Positions 1 to 9,340 are shown, counted from the first letter of the stretch. The stretch is 64,000 nucleotides of DNA from a virus (IMGVR_UViG_3300005842_000010:9974-73973), one strand, 5' to 3'. Notes: a model not told the origin generated them from the letters alone. Program-made: numbers and translations.

Positions 1-57
1 CTCCACAATGAAGGCAATTCAGCATGTGCACCAATGGAATGATGAGAAGCTTCGGGT

Positions 58-516
58 TCACGCAATACTTTTACCTTCAACACCGCGCGCCAGCCGATCC
101 CGCGTTCTTTTTTGAAGCCACATGAGCGCATCCTCGCAATGGGTCAGCGCCACTGCATTTTCGCGACATCGGTATTGGCCTTCCTGAAATGAGCGAAGCC
201 TATCAATTACGATGGCCAGCAATGATTCCTGTGATATCCCATTCACTCCAGATTCCAAGACGGGTCCGTTTTGAAATGAAATCAGGGTTGTGCTGCCGAC
301 GCTCACGGAACCATCGGGCATCATTGATATTTTCGAACCGCTTGGGCCAGAGAGAATCTTCTCAAGTTCATCAATCGTCGGTCTTGGTCCTCGCCGGACT
401 TCTCCCCAAGAAATTTGGTATTGATGACAAGCTCCGCCCTGCCCCGGTTCGTCGAGCACGTCAATGTTCAGTGCATCGTTTAGTCCGTTGAGTTTATGAT
501 CGGTTAATGTTCTCAT
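58..516 (-). CDS. tad1: Tad1-like (Acb2/Tad1 family) anti-defence signalling-molecule sponge
   Basis: The motifs GGACHQYQI, ISFQNGP and LLAIVIDRLRSFQEGQYRCRENAVALTHCEDALMWLQKRTRDRLARGVEG follow the Tad1 pattern (GGAxHxYxI / FQxG / DRLxxFQxG..RENAxALTxxEEALMW..R..DR..R.V.G). There is an insertion of about 30 aa after HQYQI. Confidence 0.88.
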   Translation of the reverse strand: MRTLTDHKLNGLNDALNIDVLDEPGQGGACHQYQISWGEVRRGPRPTIDELEKILSGPSGSKISMMPDGSVSVGSTTLISFQNGPVLESGVNGISQESLLAIVIDRLRSFQEGQYRCRENAVALTHCEDALMWLQKRTRDRLARGVEGKSIA

Positions 517-1004
517 GTCTTTGCTTTCTTCGGCATCTTGGCACGTTTCACGACCGGCGGTTTGAACTCGGTCGGCGCGGGCGGCGCGGTTGACTGAGCG
601 GGTATCTCCGCGACTGTCGGAGTCGGCGGCGCGATTGGCTCATTAGGCGGAGGCGGGCTAGCCACCACAGCAGCGACGTCTCTTTGCGGGACGATCCGGG
701 TGTCGGTGTCCGAGCTCATTCCCCCTCTCGGGTTTAACTGCTCCCGCCAGGGCCGATTTAATTGCTGCCCGCCCAGTGCTTTTTTTTTCTCAACAAAATC
801 CCGGTTGAATTCTTCCTGAGTGATCTCGGTGATTCCTCCGCGACCCTCGGACATCATCTGTTCAAATTCACCATGGATGAACGGATTCTGAGTCGCGAAA
901 TAACCAACGCGATGATCTATTGTGGAAAAGACGACCTTCGCACCGTTGCTAAGCCAAATAGGAATTTCTGGACTAAACTTTTTGTAGCATTTCCAGTCAG
1001 CCAT
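513..1004 (-). CDS. Hypothetical protein with Pro/Lys-rich C-terminus (late operon)
   Basis: The ORF track gives 513..1058. The ATG at 1004 (MADWKCYKKF) avoids overlap with the upstream HNH gene, and the stop overlaps the Tad1 start. Confidence 0.65.
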   Translation of the reverse strand: MADWKCYKKFSPEIPIWLSNGAKVVFSTIDHRVGYFATQNPFIHGEFEQMMSEGRGGITEITQEEFNRDFVEKKKALGGQQLNRPWREQLNPRGGMSSDTDTRIVPQRDVAAVVASPPPPNEPIAPPTPTVAEIPAQSTAPPAPTEFKPPVVKRAKMPKKAKT

Positions 1005-1011
1005 TCGCCAT

Positions 1012-2019
1012 TTATGACACAGGCGCGACGGTTGGCAATGGGAAAGAGAGGCGGGCACCCTTCTTCAAATTTTGGACGGCCCACAGGGGTTGAAGGTTTT
1101 TGTATGAAAAACATTCTCGTTGCTGCGCCGGATCGCTCAAATCAAAAGAGCTAACAGGGCGCTTATGGTCAGCGTGCCAGCCATAGAAACCATATGTATC
1201 CCATGTCATTCCTGGCTGAAATTGAGATTCGATGTGGGCGCGCAATTCGGCGGTAGTGCAGCCTATCAGCTCCATGCTCTTTCCACACTTGGTCGCCCCG
1301 GACAGTAAACGACCGACCATCGTGCGAACGCTGGACAGCAGCCTCCAAAATGGATCTTTGGCTTTCTTGGCGCGGTATTTATTCCACGACGCTCGATCTG
1401 CTGCCTGGATTTCTTCCGGCGTGCGCTTCTTTCTTGGGCGGGCGAGAAGGCGTCGATATCGCTCCCTGTTTAGAATCCTCCACCTAGCACGGCGCTCAGG
1501 ATCTTGATTGTATCGCTTCCTGCGTTCTCGGTGCTTTTCACGATAAATTCTGTCGTAGGCAGCACGGGCTTCGACCATTTTACGATACTCAGATCCATCA
1601 CCAAGCTTCGCCGCAGCTTTTCTAGCTCGATGCCTTTCCCTTGTCCGAAATCGAAGTGTCTCTCTATGGCGTTCTCGATATCGTTTCTGGGCTGCGTCCG
1701 ACTGTTGTTTTATTATTTCCGGTGTGCGAGTTCCCTTTTTCCTCACCTCTTTAACTGTGAAGCCAAGACTTTCTCGGTACGCCTTATATTGACTGTTCTC
1801 TTTCGCCCTAACGATCTCTGGATTGTTAGTGCGCTGATTCTTTCTTCTTGCGCTGATTGCCGCGCGATTTTTGCGATACCACGCCTTTGACCATTCGTTG
1901 TGCTTTGCCCTTTGGCCTGCCTCCGAGTTTTCCGTTTCTTCTGGAGGCGATTTGCTTTGCTCTGCTATTGGACTGTCCTCCAAGCCTACCAAGGGTAACT
2001 GCATATTTGTGGATTGCAT
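1012..2019 (-). CDS. HNH-type homing endonuclease with long basic helical N-terminus
   Basis: The C-terminus LIGCTTAELRAHIESQFQPGMTWDTYG..WHADHKRPVSSFDL...FSYKNLQPLWAVQNLKKG is a familiar viral HNH-like signature. The N-terminus is R/K-rich. Confidence 0.85.
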   Translation of the reverse strand: MQSTNMQLPLVGLEDSPIAEQSKSPPEETENSEAGQRAKHNEWSKAWYRKNRAAISARRKNQRTNNPEIVRAKENSQYKAYRESLGFTVKEVRKKGTRTPEIIKQQSDAAQKRYRERHRETLRFRTRERHRARKAAAKLGDGSEYRKMVEARAAYDRIYREKHRERRKRYNQDPERRARWRILNRERYRRLLARPRKKRTPEEIQAADRASWNKYRAKKAKDPFWRLLSSVRTMVGRLLSGATKCGKSMELIGCTTAELRAHIESQFQPGMTWDTYGFYGWHADHKRPVSSFDLSDPAQQRECFSYKNLQPLWAVQNLKKGARLSFPLPTVAPVS

Positions 2020-2026
2020 TATTCAT
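1826..2026 (-). CDS. Small basic protein with LGRLGG...NGKLGGRPK motif, overlapping the 5' end of the HNH gene
   Basis: The 66-aa ORF carries AVTLGRLGGQSNSRAKQIASRRNGKLGGRPK, which resembles small basic phage DNA-binding peptides. Its ATG lies just downstream of a TTGACA box. Confidence 0.5.
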   Translation of the reverse strand: MNNAIHKYAVTLGRLGGQSNSRAKQIASRRNGKLGGRPKGKAQRMVKGVVSQKSRGNQRKKKESAH

Positions 2027-2031
2027 TTACA

Positions 2032-2060
2032 CAAATAACCCAAGCGGTAAGGATTGTCAA
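2032..2060 (-). promoter_or_regulatory. Candidate sigma70 promoter for the HNH/small basic ORF, probably leaderless
   Basis: Minus strand reads TTGACA (2060-2055), 17 nt, TATTTG (2037-2032), 5 nt, ATG (2026). The -10 box is an imperfect match. Confidence 0.45.
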
Positions 2061-2092
2061 AAGAAAAAGGGCCGCTTTTTAGGCGGCCCTTT
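2058..2092 (-). terminator. Rho-independent terminator after the major capsid gene
   Basis: Inverted repeat AAAGGGCCGC/GCGGCCCTTT (2066-2075 / 2083-2092), followed on the minus strand by TTCTTTT. Confidence 0.85.
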
Positions 2093-2109
2093 ATGATTTC
2101 TAAAATGAC

Positions 2110-4002
2110 TTAATACAAATTTCCGTAGGTTGGATTTTCGGTCTTACCAGTTACGATAGGCACAGCCTCATTCAAACCTTCCAGCCACCCACTATCAGAT
2201 GGGCAGCTTACTATTCCGGTTTGAGTTTGCGATACCAGTGATATGTCCTTCGTCACATTCGCCATCGTGCAAGCGAACGTAGGATCCAGTCTCGCCAACT
2301 CTTCGAGCTGGCCGAGCGTGCGCTGTTTCCGGTTGCTGGCGATCATGCCGGGATAGATCGAACCGCCACGAGGACCCGGCTTGCCGATATCCAGAGCGAG
2401 CAGGAACCGTCCGCTCGACTTGATGCCTTCGTAATCAGCCGCGCTCACGAGGTCATCAAAGAATTCGTGAGTGACGAGGTTGATCGTGACTCCGGACGGG
2501 AATTTCGGCTTGAACGAGCGCCAGCTAAACCCGAGGGCATTGCTGCCTTCGTCGATGACGATGCGGGCAATGTCGCCGAATTCCTGTCGGACGTAAGCGA
2601 CGAACGCGCTTTCCATGTTGGCCGCATAAACCGAGTCCGTGAACCAATCGATGGAATTGGCCATTTTACCCTGGCTCTTGCGCGAGCGATAGATGCGATA
2701 GTTCTCATCCAGCCACTCGTAGAAGTTGAGCGTGTTGTTTTGGAGGTCGCTCACCTGGCCGCAAGTGCGGAGCTGCTCGTAAACGCCAATCATGTTGGCT
2801 CGGTAAGCGACCACTTCGCCGCCAGTGCCGGGATCAGTGTTGGTTCCGGTAACCGTGAGGATCTGCTCAAGATTCTGCCATAGGGCCAAAGTCTGATTCG
2901 CGCTAATCGGTTTGCCGAAGAAGAAGCTCATCAGCCAACGGCGTTGAAACTCTTCCTCATCCTGGCGATTGCGCTCGGCAAGCGGGAGATCTCCGAACTG
3001 TTGGAAATACTTGTTGCTTTCCATCAGGCGAGCAAACACCTCTTTGTAAGTCGAGCTCACGCAGCGGGTTCGGCGCATGGTTTGCACCCAGTACGGCACG
3101 ACATGGCGAGGATCGAGCGTCGGCCGGTTCTGGCACCAGCTTTCAAAGTCGTTCACGTTATTGCCCATGGCGATGAGCAGGCCTGACGTCGGAGCCGAAT
3201 CAATAGGTGTGCTAGATCCTGAATTTTCGCTCGTTATTAGCACATCCACGTAGGACAAGTCGGCTGCTACTTCCGAGGCGAGCACCTTCCATACGCCACG
3301 GGTCGAGGCACCGTTCCCGGCACGGCCAAGAAGCAATACCCGGTCACGATCGAGGAACCATTGACGGTTCATGTCGAGGCCGTAGCGAGTTACAACCCGG
3401 ATCACCCGGTCACCAGCCGCTCCCAGTGCTTTATCGGCTGCTGTCAGCGGTCCAGTTACCAGTGCGGTATAGGCGCTATTGGCCTGGCCGGCTGTGATAG
3501 CCCAATAATCCTTGTTGATGATGCTGTCCTGGCGCGCTTTGACGAATGGATAAAGCAAGCCCGGCCCCCTGTCGATCTTCTCCATGTGCATCAGCGAACC
3601 AACGTCCTTCTGGGAACTCATCACCCAGTCGTACATACCGTTGATCTTGGTACCACAGGCAGCCATTTCGAATTGGGTCTGGAACCAGGCATCCATGTCA
3701 CCGAACAGCCCGTCGGGCCGAAACAGCGATTCAAGCTGGGCAGGTGTCAGGTGCGCTACGCTCGCCCGCGTGATGGTTCCGCACGTATCGTAGTTGTTGG
3801 CAACCACGACGTGGCAGGGAGTCTCTTGGAAGCGCGCGCTCGTGGAGGTGACGCCCATCAGGGCAAATACGAACGCCCCGCCGGCAATGGGTACCGCGTG
3901 GCTTAATATGCCCGGCAGCGCAAGCGCTACGAGGCCGGTGAGAATTAACACGCCCAGAATCAGGACGGTTAGCTTAAACGGGAAGGACCAGGTTTTTTTC
4001 AT
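2110..4002 (-). CDS. Putative major capsid protein with hydrophobic N-terminal leader
   Basis: The 630-aa gene follows the portal and scaffold-like genes and ends at a strong terminator. The first ~48 aa are a hydrophobic leader. The call is positional; the fold is not confirmed. Confidence 0.62.
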   Translation of the reverse strand: MKKTWSFPFKLTVLILGVLILTGLVALALPGILSHAVPIAGGAFVFALMGVTSTSARFQETPCHVVVANNYDTCGTITRASVAHLTPAQLESLFRPDGLFGDMDAWFQTQFEMAACGTKINGMYDWVMSSQKDVGSLMHMEKIDRGPGLLYPFVKARQDSIINKDYWAITAGQANSAYTALVTGPLTAADKALGAAGDRVIRVVTRYGLDMNRQWFLDRDRVLLLGRAGNGASTRGVWKVLASEVAADLSYVDVLITSENSGSSTPIDSAPTSGLLIAMGNNVNDFESWCQNRPTLDPRHVVPYWVQTMRRTRCVSSTYKEVFARLMESNKYFQQFGDLPLAERNRQDEEEFQRRWLMSFFFGKPISANQTLALWQNLEQILTVTGTNTDPGTGGEVVAYRANMIGVYEQLRTCGQVSDLQNNTLNFYEWLDENYRIYRSRKSQGKMANSIDWFTDSVYAANMESAFVAYVRQEFGDIARIVIDEGSNALGFSWRSFKPKFPSGVTINLVTHEFFDDLVSAADYEGIKSSGRFLLALDIGKPGPRGGSIYPGMIASNRKQRTLGQLEELARLDPTFACTMANVTKDISLVSQTQTGIVSCPSDSGWLEGLNEAVPIVTGKTENPTYGNLY

Positions 4003-4057
4003 GTGCTCTCATTCGTGCGCCGGCGGTAGTGCCGGTTTTCACTATGAGAGCCATTAT

Positions 4058-5587
4058 CTACTTCCAGAGGACGGCCACAGCCCCTTCACCGAAGCTTTTT
4101 GCAGGTCCGGCATCAGGTTTTCCACCAGTCAACATATCAGACCCACTCGAAAGCGATGGTGGGCGCGCCGGTTCCGTTGGCCGGGCTGCTGGTTCTGGCT
4201 GTGGCGCTGGCTGCGGTTCAGGCTCTGGTTGTCGCACATTTGGATCGGCAGCAGGCTTACCATTGCCATTTTTGACGTATTTCTTCTTCGCCAGGGTGTC
4301 GCGACGCGCAATTTCGCGCTTTGCCCTGTCGGTAATATCGCTCTGAATAATCTCTTTCAGATCGCTCGCCTGGAGACAAATGCGCGTAGCTTTGAGATCG
4401 TCAAGCTTTTGCTGTTTTTGTGCATCGGTGCCCGGACCATCATAAATCTGCCGTTTCATCCGCTGCATATCGGCTATCGAGGTGAATTGCTTGCCGTTAA
4501 TGATCTGTTCCTCGGCTGGGCCGTTGAGGATTTCGTTCTCAGTGGCGTTTGAATAACGGAGAATCGCGGCATGCGCCCACCGTCTATCGGCATCGTTCGG
4601 ATCATTGGGATCGTGCCGGTGTGGATTGATTTGATACCCGTCCAGCTCGTCAACCTTTTCCAGCTCAGTCCTGATGGCTACCAGCTCCGCGGCAGCAGTT
4701 TTTAGGATATCGCAGGCGACTGGATCTGTCTCATCCACCTTGCCGACTGCCTCATTGCTCAGGTCCGGGCGCCCGCCACTGTCACGCAGAAGCTTGCCGA
4801 GCGCAGGATCGACGGCATCCACCATCGTAACAACAGCCTGCTCCACTCGTGATTTGATGACCGGTGCCGCTCGCTCGAATGCCTTCTCTGCCTGCTGCTT
4901 CTGAATCATCGGCTGCATCCGCTTTTCCCACAGTTCCTCGGCGCGCATCTCGACCTTGGCCTCGTCCATCGCCGCTCTATCGATTGCTGGCGCGTTTGCC
5001 TCATACCACTTGGTATGCTCGGCGTTGTCCCAATCGAATGTTTCATCCGGATTCTTTTCAAGCCAGTCATCTTGATAGGCGTAGGCCTTTTTGGAGAAAG
5101 CGATAAACTTCTCTGGCATGTCGGCCATTTTCGGATCGTTAGCTGCCATGTAGCGCAGGATCTTGAGATCGCGAGCATCATCGGCCGTCAATTCAGGTCC
5201 ATCCGAAGGCGCAGGCGATGGCGGTGCCAGTCGATCGGCCACGGCATCAGCCGCAACCCTGGCCGTACGCTGAATAGTGTCCTCGAGGCTTACGCTGACT
5301 GGCCTCGGTGCCGGGGCGGGTTCTGGGGCTGGCGCGGGCGCGGGTCGCGTTGGTGCCGGAGCGGGAGCAGGTTCAACGACAACCGGAGGCTCTGCTGGAG
5401 CAATAGCTGCCGGCGGCGCTGCAGGCCTAACAGCAGGCCGCGTATCTTCTCCCCACAACGCGGAGACAGCGCTTTTGGCCAAATCTTTGAGCTGCTCCGG
5501 CGTTGGCGGCGGCTCATTGCTGGGCTCAGGTGTTGGAATCTGCGGTTTCACCGGTTCCGGTGCCGTCCTGTGAACGATTTCGATCAT
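4058..5587 (-). CDS. Putative capsid scaffolding protein
   Basis: 509 aa with Pro/Ala-rich disordered ends and an acidic helical core, located immediately upstream of the putative capsid gene. Confidence 0.5.
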   Translation of the reverse strand: MIEIVHRTAPEPVKPQIPTPEPSNEPPPTPEQLKDLAKSAVSALWGEDTRPAVRPAAPPAAIAPAEPPVVVEPAPAPAPTRPAPAPAPEPAPAPRPVSVSLEDTIQRTARVAADAVADRLAPPSPAPSDGPELTADDARDLKILRYMAANDPKMADMPEKFIAFSKKAYAYQDDWLEKNPDETFDWDNAEHTKWYEANAPAIDRAAMDEAKVEMRAEELWEKRMQPMIQKQQAEKAFERAAPVIKSRVEQAVVTMVDAVDPALGKLLRDSGGRPDLSNEAVGKVDETDPVACDILKTAAAELVAIRTELEKVDELDGYQINPHRHDPNDPNDADRRWAHAAILRYSNATENEILNGPAEEQIINGKQFTSIADMQRMKRQIYDGPGTDAQKQQKLDDLKATRICLQASDLKEIIQSDITDRAKREIARRDTLAKKKYVKNGNGKPAADPNVRQPEPEPQPAPQPEPAARPTEPARPPSLSSGSDMLTGGKPDAGPAKSFGEGAVAVLWK

Positions 5588-5882
5588 ATTGTTTTGTTGC
5601 GTAAACTGGCTTTAGTTCAGATGCCGTAAAACTGTACTTCTCACTGTGCTGCGCCATCAACTCGGCGACGTCTTTGTAGAAAATGGCCTTTCTCAAACAT
5701 TCCCGAGATTCATCGTGCTGCGTCTCATCACCCGCCCCCAGGTTGGCAGACTTTGCCAGAGATTCAGCCGCCAGATCAAGCAAGTGCTGGCGGTAAAGCA
5801 GGGCCGGGGTTTGGCGCAGCCATTCGCGGATTTGCCGCTGCTGCTCCACCGCCATTAGTTTCGGCAAGAGCTGTATCATCAA
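5526..5882 (-). CDS. Hypothetical helical protein overlapping the portal 3' end and scaffold 5' end
   Basis: The 118-aa ORF has a protein-like helical composition and overlaps both neighbours in other frames. Confidence 0.6.
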   Translation of the reverse strand: MMIQLLPKLMAVEQQRQIREWLRQTPALLYRQHLLDLAAESLAKSANLGAGDETQHDESRECLRKAIFYKDVAELMAQHSEKYSFTASELKPVYATKQYDRNRSQDGTGTGETADSNT

Positions 5883-8313
5883 GTGTTGGTAGATTATTTA
5901 CTTTGAAAAGGACATCAATCTCTCTCTGGGTTAGCACCGCCTGGGTTTGCAACGCCTTCGTCGCTTCGAGTAATGGAGTGATTTCCTTTTGCACTTCGCC
6001 GTGAACGATCTTCACGACCATCTCGACCATAGCCTGCAGCTCTTGCTGCTTCTCGGCCGCCTGCTGTTCCGGGCTGGTATTGGGTGCCACATTCCTAAAT
6101 TTGAAATCCTTTTCGATGCCGGCCAGCCGGCAAATGCGGTTCAGCCACTCGAGCGCCTGATCCGGGCCGATGGACTGCATCAGCATCGGCACACTAAGAG
6201 ATTGCTGCAAAATTAAGGCCATTGCCTGGGCGGCTTTCGCGTTGTCCTGACGATCGTTGCCGTCGCGCGTGCTGATAAGCGACCAAATCGGCATGGCCGA
6301 GAGGTGCTTTTTGTTCACTTTATAGAGGCGCCACTGGTCCTTGGGAACGATCAATTCCTCCTTTTTATGAGCGAGGAATCCCAAGTCGTTAAGCTGCTGC
6401 TGCGTCAGCGGAACGTCGCTCGGCAAGTGAACCCAGAAATCTTCGTCGCCGTATTGCATCAGCCCGATATAAAGCTGCCGCTTCCAGGCATCGCGGGCGA
6501 TATCAACCGGCGTGGCGGTAAATTGAAGCCTCGAGCTGGTGCTCTGTTCGATGTTTCGAACTTCATCCACTCTCAGCTCGTGCGAGGCTGCCTGGGCAAT
6601 CTCCTGGCTGCTCATCACCAGCACGCGCTCGAGTATCTCAAGAATCGTCCGGAGCACGTTCGACATTTCGGCCACGTTGCCTCGAGGGAAATTGAAGCTT
6701 TGAACCACGTCGGGAATGCCTCGGTTACCGACCTGCAGCTTGAGCGCTTTCTTGCTCGAATAGCCGAAGATGTTCAGGAACCGGTAAAACTTTTCGCCGA
6801 GGTTCCTGAGCTGATCGATTGTGTCACGCGCACCATGCCGCTGGTTCGGGTCACCAGTCATTAGCTGGTCCTCGTCGATAAAAGTCAGGTTGGCCAGATT
6901 CTGCTTACACGTCAGAATGATCTGCGTGAGCATGTTGCTGAAATGATCTTGGAACGGGAGGATCTCCAGGCTGAGGCTTGCATTCTTCGTGCGGCTCTCA
7001 TCGGCGTCGTAGCCGTAGTAGATGACGGGATCATACGGTACCGGCGCCGCGTAGAGGATAGTGCATCCATCCCCGGCCACCATGAATCGGAACCACACCG
7101 GACAATCATAATCGCCGAGTCCATTCTCCTTCGGGATCAGCCGCTCCCAATACTCTGTAATCAGCACGCCCTGGTCGTTGTAATCCGTGCCGTAGTACAG
7201 GCTGCCGATCGCCTTCTCACGATCAACCGACGGACTGCCCACTGAAAGCTCTGCGCCAAGCACCGCCCCCTGTGGCATCTTCCGCACAGGCATGCACGTC
7301 AATTGGCACCCGGAATAGACTGAGGTGAAAAACAACCGGTTATCTGCGATCAAATCCGTGCTGCCTAGCGCTATCCGGTCCTTGTTCCAGTAGTTTCCAC
7401 TCAAGATCTCGCGATAGCGAGCGATGCGCCAGTAGCCGGCAAACTCACATCCATAGCCGTAATTGAGCGTGAAGGGCGGGTGCGCCAGGTCGTAGAACAT
7501 GCGCGATGGATGAGGCAGGTGATAATCGATACCCTCACGATCAGTCACTTTGATTTCATCATTCAGGTTTGCCGGGGTGCCGTCATCCTTCTTATGCCCG
7601 AGCGCCACGTCGATTTCATCGGCATACTTGCGCTGATCTTCCCAGTGCCACTCGTGCTTTGGAAATTGCAGGCACATCGAGTAATGCAACATTTTCAGCA
7701 CAGCCTGCTTCGTCACGTCGAAATAACCGTACTGCGTTGAAATCACCTGGACGCGATCGGTAAGCGCCTTGCATTTCAAGTTGAGCACTGTCGTTTGATC
7801 AACTGGCTCGTATTTGAAAAAAGGGGTCAGGCGGCGATCGTTCATTATCTTCGCCCACCGGATCGTGACGTACGATCGTACGAGCGGAACAAACACGTTG
7901 AAGAACGTCGGGACATTGAGACACTTTTTTAGCTGCTGAGTTTTGGGATCCATGACCTCAGTGATCATGTTTGTCAGCCCCCAACTCTGGAACGCTTTGT
8001 AAACTGACTCATCATTCGGGTCTTGATCGGCCAGTTGCTGCAGGAGGGTTTGCGTCACCTGGCGGAATGGAGTTTCCCAAGCGGTATCGAGCGCATGATA
8101 AACCCGGTAGTCAGCGAAATTGCGCTGCATGCCCTCTTGAATGCGGGAGCGTATTCGATTGATCAGTCTGCCGCGTCGGGCCGCGAGAGCTAGCGGGATA
8201 TCTTGATTATTGACATCGCCTTCCGGAACGGCGAGCGGATCGATGCCAAGCCACTTCTCTAAGTTTTCTGGCGTGAGGCCATACTTCTTTAAGCAATTTA
8301 AGTCGGCTGACAT
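5776..8313 (-). CDS. Putative portal protein
   Basis: 845 aa, mostly helical, with a Q/A/M-rich C-terminal region typical of podovirus-type portals. It is the first large gene of the head operon. Confidence 0.65.
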   Translation of the reverse strand: MSADLNCLKKYGLTPENLEKWLGIDPLAVPEGDVNNQDIPLALAARRGRLINRIRSRIQEGMQRNFADYRVYHALDTAWETPFRQVTQTLLQQLADQDPNDESVYKAFQSWGLTNMITEVMDPKTQQLKKCLNVPTFFNVFVPLVRSYVTIRWAKIMNDRRLTPFFKYEPVDQTTVLNLKCKALTDRVQVISTQYGYFDVTKQAVLKMLHYSMCLQFPKHEWHWEDQRKYADEIDVALGHKKDDGTPANLNDEIKVTDREGIDYHLPHPSRMFYDLAHPPFTLNYGYGCEFAGYWRIARYREILSGNYWNKDRIALGSTDLIADNRLFFTSVYSGCQLTCMPVRKMPQGAVLGAELSVGSPSVDREKAIGSLYYGTDYNDQGVLITEYWERLIPKENGLGDYDCPVWFRFMVAGDGCTILYAAPVPYDPVIYYGYDADESRTKNASLSLEILPFQDHFSNMLTQIILTCKQNLANLTFIDEDQLMTGDPNQRHGARDTIDQLRNLGEKFYRFLNIFGYSSKKALKLQVGNRGIPDVVQSFNFPRGNVAEMSNVLRTILEILERVLVMSSQEIAQAASHELRVDEVRNIEQSTSSRLQFTATPVDIARDAWKRQLYIGLMQYGDEDFWVHLPSDVPLTQQQLNDLGFLAHKKEELIVPKDQWRLYKVNKKHLSAMPIWSLISTRDGNDRQDNAKAAQAMALILQQSLSVPMLMQSIGPDQALEWLNRICRLAGIEKDFKFRNVAPNTSPEQQAAEKQQELQAMVEMVVKIVHGEVQKEITPLLEATKALQTQAVLTQREIDVLFKVNNLPTLDDTALAETNGGGAAAANPRMAAPNPGPALPPALA

Positions 8314-8315
8314 AG

Positions 8316-8708
8316 CTATATGGCGCGCTCAAGGAGTGAGTGATCAACCATGTCCCCGATACGTTCACCGAGTTCGATGATTGGACGCTCTATCTTAGGA
8401 ATGAGCCTATTGTTCGACTCCATTACCCAATCATACATGCCGCGCGTTTTCCCCTCGAGTGCTCTCATATCAAACGACGCGTGGAAAAAGGCATCCATGT
8501 CATCAAACAGTCCGCTGGGTCTAAATAGCATCTCGAGCTGCGCTGGAGTTAGCTGCGCAATTGACGCTTGAGTGATACTTCCGCAATCTGGCGTAAATCC
8601 AGGCGGAGTTATTACCTTCCAAACTATTGGCTCAAACTTTGGAATGAAGATAAGCGGAGCTATCGCAAGGCTTAACTTCGTGAAAAATGAACGACGGCTC
8701 TGCATCAC
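8316..8708 (-). CDS. Mini-paralog of the capsid N-terminal region with twin-arginine-like leader
   Basis: Residues 42-98 match residues 74-130 of the 630-aa protein at 38/57 identity (manual alignment). The N-terminus is MMQSRRSFFTKL. Confidence 0.8.
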   Translation of the reverse strand: MMQSRRSFFTKLSLAIAPLIFIPKFEPIVWKVITPPGFTPDCGSITQASIAQLTPAQLEMLFRPSGLFDDMDAFFHASFDMRALEGKTRGMYDWVMESNNRLIPKIERPIIELGERIGDMVDHSLLERAI

Positions 8709-8998
8709 TTGCCCATCTCGCGACGTTGCTTGATCAGCTCGGCGGGAGTCCTGGCCTTTTTCTTCGGAGTGGGCTTCGGAGTCTCTTCACCTTCATCGCC
8801 GCCAGCCGCGTCCAGGCTCATCACATGAAACCGATGCTCAAGCGGAGGCGTTTGCGTGTCGCGCACCAAGCCGCCCATCGCCATCTTTTCATCGTCGGTG
8901 TCCTTTACCCGCTTCAGCTTGGCGCGCACGTAATCGCCGCCTTTCGCAACCACTGGATGATGCGCCGGAAGCCTAACCTCGCAAATCGGGTCTGACAT
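8705..8998 (-). CDS. Hypothetical protein, first gene of the head operon
   Basis: The ATG at 8998 (MSDPICEVRL) is preceded by AAGGGG and a TTGACA promoter. The stop overlaps the next start. Confidence 0.65.
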   Translation of the reverse strand: MSDPICEVRLPAHHPVVAKGGDYVRAKLKRVKDTDDEKMAMGGLVRDTQTPPLEHRFHVMSLDAAGGDEGEETPKPTPKKKARTPAELIKQRREMGK

Positions 8999-9005
8999 AT
9001 AGCCC

Positions 9006-9043
9006 CTTATGCGCCTTGCGTGCGGCACTGTCAACGGTAATCT
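9006..9043. promoter_or_regulatory. Overlapping divergent sigma70-like promoters (head operon / groES-terL)
   Basis: Minus strand: TTGACA (9034-9029), 17 nt, CATAAG (9011-9006), 7 nt, ATG 8998. Plus strand: TTGCGT (9016-9021), 16 nt, TAATCT (9038-9043), 6 nt, ATG 9050. Confidence 0.55.
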
Positions 9044-9049
9044 CAATAC

Positions 9050-9340
9050 ATGAACATAACCAAAGTATTAGGAGATCGCGTACTCATCGAACCTCTACCC
9101 GTCGAACAGGTCAGCGCCGGCGGAATAGAACTGCCTCAATCCGTCCGTGGAAAACAGTCTGTCGGCATCGTGCGGATGGTTGGCGAAGGCACTGGCGACC
9201 CATCCATGCGTGCGCTCATGGCCGAAATTGCAATCGGGCAGACTGTCAGGACAAATATCAATATGGGGAGCGTCGAGGTTACATTTAATGGCGCAGAGTG
9301 CCGGATTCACTCGGTTCGAGACGTTGAAATGATTCTGTGA
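9050..9340 (+). CDS. groES: Co-chaperonin GroES (Cpn10)
   Basis: 96 aa with LGDRVLIEP, mobile loop SAGGIELP, GIVRMVGEG and a C-terminal RDVEMIL, which together are the Cpn10 signature. Confidence 0.9.
   Translation: MNITKVLGDRVLIEPLPVEQVSAGGIELPQSVRGKQSVGIVRMVGEGTGDPSMRALMAEIAIGQTVRTNINMGSVEVTFNGAECRIHSVRDVEMIL

Noticed and set aside
3613-8585. Capsid and mini-paralog as a DGR template/variable repeat pair
   Set aside because: There is no reverse transcriptase in the window, and the copies are two divergent coding paralogs rather than a near-identical nucleotide repeat.
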